Shown here: piece after piece, positions 59,702-64,000 of the stretch
Layout: the number at the start of each line of letters is the position of its first letter
Numbering within the stretch: position 1 is the stretch's first letter
IMG/VR virus record: IMGVR_UViG_3300009085_000002
Span: 24,966 to 88,965 of that record
Direction: 5' to 3' (one strand)
Source: a virus
Length of the DNA stretch: 64,000 nt
Notes under the pieces: model-generated
Database searches by the model: none
What the model was told of the DNA's origin: nothing
Seen by the model: the letters and a program-made list of their open reading frames with translations, nothing else
Translations under genes and position numbers: made by a program

Positions 59702-59989
59702 TTAAAGATCATCAAATTCTTTTTCTTTAAAATTTTTATGTTCTTCAAATTTGTCTACTACAAAGTTAATAAATTCTATATATTTTGAATTTATATTTTT
59801 TATAGAAATATCAGAAAGTAATTCTTTATTTAAAATATTAGCAGGACTTCCTCCTATAGTAATAATTAAATTATTATTAGGATCAGAAGATATTTTAATT
59901 TCTTCATTTTCCAATGCAGATATTTTATTTTCTAAATTTTCAATAGAATTTCTTAATTCTAAAGCTCTTATAAATTCTTTTTCTTTCAT
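59702..59989 (-). CDS. hypothetical protein
   Basis: 95-aa ORF. Confidence 0.5.
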   Translation of the reverse strand: MKEKEFIRALELRNSIENLENKISALENEEIKISSDPNNNLIITIGGSPANILNKELLSDISIKNINSKYIEFINFVVDKFEEHKNFKEKEFDDL

Positions 59990-60000
59990 AACAGTTATAT

Positions 60001-60507
60001 TTAGTTGGTTAGTACAATATTATTTATATCAAAGTTTTTAGTATACGGAAATACAAAGAATAATTTAACACAAGTTATACTAGGATCTATATAAATAGTT
60101 GTATCTATACATCCTTTCTTATTTAGTAATTCACATGTACTTAACATAATACCTTTGTTAGATACAAAATGTGTATAAGCTAAACTATTTTGTCCCAAAT
60201 CATAATTAAAAGATAATCTAAAACTTCCATTATTAATTATGTAGTTACTATTTATACTAATACATTCGTGTTCATGACCACAATAACCATGAATAGAATG
60301 AGTAATAGAATTATATATCAAGGTATCTATAACTACTCCACTTGGTAATATATATTGAGTAAATTCTGTTATAGTATCTGTTGTTCCTTCTGGATACTTA
60401 ATAGTATGTATAGGAGATTTTTCAGGCACTAAATCTTTATTTATATCTTCTTTTTTACAAGAGAATAAAAATAAAGAAAATAAAGTTATTAAAATTATAT
60501 TTTTCAT
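60001..60507 (-). CDS. lipoprotein
   Basis: Lipoprotein signal MKNIILITLFSLFLFS-C followed by KKED. Confidence 0.7.
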   Translation of the reverse strand: MKNIILITLFSLFLFSCKKEDINKDLVPEKSPIHTIKYPEGTTDTITEFTQYILPSGVVIDTLIYNSITHSIHGYCGHEHECISINSNYIINNGSFRLSFNYDLGQNSLAYTHFVSNKGIMLSTCELLNKKGCIDTTIYIDPSITCVKLFFVFPYTKNFDINNIVLTN

Positions 60508-60514
60508 TGCTTGT

Positions 60515-60874
60515 TTATTTAATTATTTTTAAAATTTCATACAAACCTTCTTCTAATGCTTCTTCGTAACTATTAAATTTGTATATATTTTGTCCAATTT
60601 CAAAACATCCAGACTCATCTACTTGATTTTCTAAATTAACTCCACATTGTTTTGATATATTTACATCATACATATGATAATCATATTTTCCGTGACAATC
60701 ACAATAAATCGTTAAGAATATATTATGAGCTTCTCTTATCCATTTTTGAAGCAAAGATTGAGTAGGACAATGTAAAATCATTTCTTTACCTTTTCTAGAA
60801 GCAATAACTATCTTATCAAATCCTTTTTCTTTTGCTAATTTAGCTGTTTTAAATGAAATTAATGTTTCGTGCAT
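60515..60874 (-). CDS. hypothetical Bacteroidota-phage protein
   Basis: ISFKTAKLAKEKGF, PTQSLLQKWIRE and SYEEALEEGL motifs. Confidence 0.65.
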   Translation of the reverse strand: MHETLISFKTAKLAKEKGFDKIVIASRKGKEMILHCPTQSLLQKWIREAHNIFLTIYCDCHGKYDYHMYDVNISKQCGVNLENQVDESGCFEIGQNIYKFNSYEEALEEGLYEILKIIK

Positions 60875-60885
60875 ATTTAAATATT

Positions 60886-61077
60886 TTAATATTCTAAAAT
60901 AATAGGTTTGTTATTAATGACAATAATATATACTACCATCATAATTAATAGTACAAATTCTACAATAAAAGACACTATAAGTCTAAAATCTAGTGATTTT
61001 TGTTTTAAATATATTAAAAAGTCTATAGTTATATTTAGCAAAATTAGAAGACCAGGTATTAATATTAATACTGTCAT
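60886..61077 (-). CDS. small membrane protein
   Basis: 63 aa, two hydrophobic helices. Confidence 0.5.
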   Translation of the reverse strand: MTVLILIPGLLILLNITIDFLIYLKQKSLDFRLIVSFIVEFVLLIMMVVYIIVINNKPIILEY

Positions 61078-61078
61078 A

Positions 61079-61288
61079 TTATTTTCCTTTCCAAATTACT
61101 ATATCTAATACAGATAAAATATCATCTAGAAAAAAAATAAAGCAAACAGGCCCAAGAATACCATATATAGCAAAATTAGCTATTAAACTACCTATTGTTA
61201 GTCTTTTAATTTTTATTATATCTAGTATAAATCCACAAATTACTCCTATAGAATACCATATTATCATGTAAATCAATAAGTTATTCAT
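61079..61288 (-). CDS. small membrane protein
   Basis: 69 aa, two hydrophobic helices, LGP motif. Confidence 0.5.
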   Translation of the reverse strand: MNNLLIYMIIWYSIGVICGFILDIIKIKRLTIGSLIANFAIYGILGPVCFIFFLDDILSVLDIVIWKGK

Positions 61289-61309
61289 ATTTATTTTATT
61301 TTAGTTTAA

Positions 61310-61420
61310 TAAAATAGAGACTATTGGAGTCGAACCAATCTTTTATTCTAGTTGAATATTGTGCATCAAACTATTAAGATTTTATCTATATAGTCATTCT
61401 ACACTATCATCTCTATTTTA
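61310..61420 (-). ncRNA. tRNA-like element with canonical T-arm
   Basis: ATTGG-TTCGACT-CCAAT T-arm; 12-bp closing stem TAAAATAGAGAT/GTCTCTATTTTA; D-like arm ATAGT/ACTAT; no standard anticodon arm. Confidence 0.5.
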
Positions 61421-61427
61421 GATTATT

Positions 61428-61625
61428 TTATACTTTTATTTCTTTAATTATCTTAGATTCAGGATTAAGATATACTTGAATAAAATCTTCACAAGCTTTT
61501 GCTGAGTGTAACCAGTTACTAACATCTTTCCAATATTTCCACCATAAAAAAGTATGCTGTCTCTGTACTTTATAGGTACTTAGTGTTAAATCAAGTGGCT
61601 TATTTGCTATAATTCTAAATTTCAT
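61428..61625 (-). CDS. small hypothetical protein
   Basis: 65 aa; YKVQR..FLWWKYWKDV motif. Confidence 0.55.
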   Translation of the reverse strand: MKFRIIANKPLDLTLSTYKVQRQHTFLWWKYWKDVSNWLHSAKACEDFIQVYLNPESKIIKEIKV

Positions 61626-61639
61626 AGGTATTTATTATT

Positions 61640-61990
61640 AAGTTTATTAAGTTCTTTGTATGCAATTTGAGTAAATGAAGGCTTAGTTGATAGTTAATAA
61701 GTGAAATTGGTATCATGTCTTCTAGTGTCTTAAAGTGGTGACAGATGGCATGACTTAGCAATAACTAATTATTTTCATTTCAACACTCATTATCACTACC
61801 AATATTCACTTATATTATCAAATAGTTTGTAATCTCCTTTTCGTTTAATAAGCTCGTCTATCAATCTTAATTGATTACAGACTTCTAATTAAACTACAAT
61901 AATACTCACTCTTCCAACTTAATGAATTTAATCTATCACCAAATTCTTATGTGTATGGTGTGAGTTTTAGGATACTTTCAATTATAGTTA
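61640..61990. ncRNA. candidate structured non-coding RNA A
   Basis: No ORF of 60 aa or more; several long complementary pairs (61687-61712 with 61797-61821; 61713-19 with 61747-53; 61825-34 with 61873-82). Confidence 0.4.
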
Positions 61991-62009
61991 AACTAGTTTG
62001 ATAATGTTT

Positions 62010-62186
62010 TTATCCTGTATTTATATTAGTCCATATTTCTACTTTTTCATCCTCAATTATAGAAACATCATTACTACAAAAATATCCAGTAGCTCCATAA
62101 TGAGCAGTTAAAGTAATATCTAAATCATCTACTAATAGTTTTAATAGATTTACTTTATCTTCAAATGTTAAATTATCAATATTCAT
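62010..62186 (-). CDS. small hypothetical protein (58 aa, not in ORF track)
   Basis: MNIDNLTFEDKVNLLKLLVDDL...EIWTNINTG. Confidence 0.55.
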   Translation of the reverse strand: MNIDNLTFEDKVNLLKLLVDDLDITLTAHYGATGYFCSNDVSIIEDEKVEIWTNINTG

Positions 62187-62217
62187 ATCTCTAATTATTA
62201 ATTAATAATCACTTAAT

Positions 62218-62454
62218 TTAAATTTTTGTTTCAAGACCTTTTAAGACTAAATAACCTATATTACTAGGCTTATATCTTCTTTCATCTCTTATAAATTCTT
62301 TAAATACTACATTAACTAAAGGTTGCCATTGAGAAGACCATACATGCCCATTATTTTGTTCTTTTAAATAATTATATATCTTAATACAATCCTCAGCATC
62401 CTTTTTATAATCTGTTTTTAGCTGCTTTTCTAATCTTAAAAGTAGTTTTCCCAT
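62218..62454 (-). CDS. hypothetical protein
   Basis: 78-aa ORF. Confidence 0.55.
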   Translation of the reverse strand: MGKLLLRLEKQLKTDYKKDAEDCIKIYNYLKEQNNGHVWSSQWQPLVNVVFKEFIRDERRYKPSNIGYLVLKGLETKI

Positions 62455-62469
62455 AGTTTTTAATTTTTT

Positions 62470-62510
62470 TAAAAGAAGAGAGGCTCTTAGTTGAGTTTTC
62501 TCTCTTCTAT
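62470..62510 (-). terminator. terminator-like hairpin
   Basis: AGAAGAGAG...CTCTCTTCT stem followed by TTT on the - strand. Confidence 0.55.
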
Positions 62511-62985
62511 TGTATGCAAATTTAAATCAATATTTCCAGGTGTATCAATAATCTGGACTGCACAATTAGTTATAATTCATCTTCTTTATTACTCATAGAG
62601 TGTTTTGTTATAACCATATGATCAAATATTTCTATTTGAAAGGCTAAATAATTTCGATTGGATTAAGCCAATTCTACTTCAACTGCAAATTACATAGCTG
62701 CCAATACAAACAGATAGAGGTCTAATACTTTCAACAAATGTATTTCTTTTCGAGTTGTTACCTTGTTATAATATATTATTACCATATCAATTAAATACTT
62801 CATATTCCTTACTACCAAAGAGTAAGATCCATAATTAATTGACTTAGGCATAAATATGAAAAGAACGATTAATGAAACTAATTTGGCTCTGTTACTACTC
62901 AAGTATACTATTGTAGAATTAGTTTATTCGTGTCTCTACCCATCATTAATTGTTCTAATAATTAATCTAAGGTGTATTATTTTAC
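62510..62985. ncRNA. candidate structured non-coding RNA B
   Basis: Multiple nested stems (62862-75 with 62943-56; 62875-83 with 62917-25; 62799-806 with 62853-60; 62622-39 hairpin; 62568-75 with 62608-15). Confidence 0.4.
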
Positions 62986-62988
62986 TTA

Positions 62989-63225
62989 TTATTCTAATAT
63001 AGATTTACTACAAGTTTCTCTCCAGTCAGGCCATGTTTCTCTACATTCTGGTTGATAATTTTCAAGAGTATTACCTCTAAATCCATTATTATATGCATTA
63101 GCAACCAATTTATCTGCTTCTGATTTCTTTTGAACATGATAAATTTGCCAAATCATTCCACCCTTATGGTTACGAATCATTAAAGTTTTAGGATACTTAT
63201 TATTCTTTGTTAGGTCTGTATACAT
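62989..63225 (-). CDS. hypothetical protein
   Basis: 78-aa ORF. Confidence 0.55.
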   Translation of the reverse strand: MYTDLTKNNKYPKTLMIRNHKGGMIWQIYHVQKKSEADKLVANAYNNGFRGNTLENYQPECRETWPDWRETCSKSILE

Positions 63226-63250
63226 ATTTTTATATTTGTAAATAATTAAT

Positions 63251-63421
63251 TTAAGATATATTATGTATCTTTATTTCTTCTTTTGTCATAGGCACTACTA
63301 AATATTCAAACTTATTTTTATCTCTAAAGTCTATACATTCTTTATGTGTACCTGTATGCACTATGTTATCTTTAGTAAAATCACTATCTATTACTAAATC
63401 TATTACTTTATAGGTTTTCAT
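63251..63421 (-). CDS. small hypothetical protein (56 aa, not in ORF track)
   Basis: MKTYKVIDLVIDSDF...KIHNIS fills the gap between genes. Confidence 0.5.
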   Translation of the reverse strand: MKTYKVIDLVIDSDFTKDNIVHTGTHKECIDFRDKNKFEYLVVPMTKEEIKIHNIS

Positions 63422-63444
63422 AGCATTTAAATTTTAATTATTTA

Positions 63445-63831
63445 TTAATCTGAAAAATCTTTTATAATTTCCAAATATTTTAGTTTATTTGATGCTAAAG
63501 ATTTATAACTCTCACCCCTAAAATTAAATGACCCCTCATAATATTTAGATCCTTTAGGTATTACACATTTTACTAATGTAACTAATTTATCTTTAGCCAT
63601 ATAACAAGCATCTTTTTTATACTTCATTGAGTGTAATCCTTCATTAATAAGGCCTTTAGTAAATAGTAGTTGTATTTTTATAAGTTTGGATCTATAAGTT
63701 TTACCTATTTTTATTATCTTATGTCGGTAATAAGTTAAATAAGCTTGATTAACTTTTATTATATACTTATAAACCACTATATCTTTTTTTGCAATTAGGG
63801 GTTCTTTTGTTGTCAAATTCTCTAAGCACAT
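63445..63831 (-). CDS. hypothetical Bacteroidota-phage protein
   Basis: MCL..., IAKKDIVVYK, INEGLHS and CVIPKGSKYYEG motifs. Confidence 0.65.
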   Translation of the reverse strand: MCLENLTTKEPLIAKKDIVVYKYIIKVNQAYLTYYRHKIIKIGKTYRSKLIKIQLLFTKGLINEGLHSMKYKKDACYMAKDKLVTLVKCVIPKGSKYYEGSFNFRGESYKSLASNKLKYLEIIKDFSD

Positions 63832-64000
63832 ATTATTTTAAATTATTTATTAAGTTTTGAATGTAACTTTCCTATAGGTCTGCCTCTAAGGTCTATTTCT
63901 TGATAGGATAGTATTTCAGATCCAGCATATACTATATTATTATCAAGCATATTAGTATATCCACGATCTGTACCTTTATATATAATACCTCCTAGAGTTA

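Noticed and set aside
61310-61420. tmRNA
   Set aside because: No G3-U70 pair, no CCA and no room for a tag reading frame
62690-62902. 70-aa ORF in the track
   Set aside because: TTG start, no protein-like features, overlaps a densely base-paired region; likely spurious
1-64000. Stop-codon reassignment (TAG or TGA read-through), known in some crAss-like phages
   Set aside because: Long genes are intact under the standard code, and TAG and TGA both terminate genes at sensible boundaries (TAG at 33715, 44330, 49171, 50664; TGA in ATGA overlaps)

Overview
Very AT-rich 64-kb segment of a crAss-like (Crassvirales-type) phage genome, probably infecting Bacteroidota (TAnnTTTG-type promoters, Gln-after-signal-peptide proteins, a lipoprotein with a KKED export-like signal). 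The + strand block (1-30.7 kb) holds late/virion genes: a tail-fibre-like protein, a membrane/lysis cassette, ring/tail tubular proteins, an IHF-like protein, tail stabilization (muzzle) protein, cargo proteins and a 3659-aa virion RNA polymerase (GSDFDVDK) with a zincin HELLH motif. It meets a - strand block at a bidirectional terminator. The - strand block (30.7-64 kb) holds replication/early genes: a family A DNA polymerase split by a group I intron encoding a LAGLIDADG endonuclease, RusA-like resolvase, 5'-3' exonuclease, UDG, primase, SSB-like protein, AAA ATPase, vWA protein, GH73 muramidase, DnaB-like helicase and many small ORFs. The most notable system is a compact phage-encoded ubiquitin-like conjugation operon: Ubl precursor with Gly78, E2-like protein, JAB protease and ThiF/E1 (40.8-44.3 kb). 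Also notable are two non-canonical tRNA-like elements, two large structured non-coding regions near 61.6-63 kb, and an unannotated 17-aa Lys/Pro/Gly peptide gene. All calls come from reading motifs and base pairing by eye; no database searches or folding programs were run.
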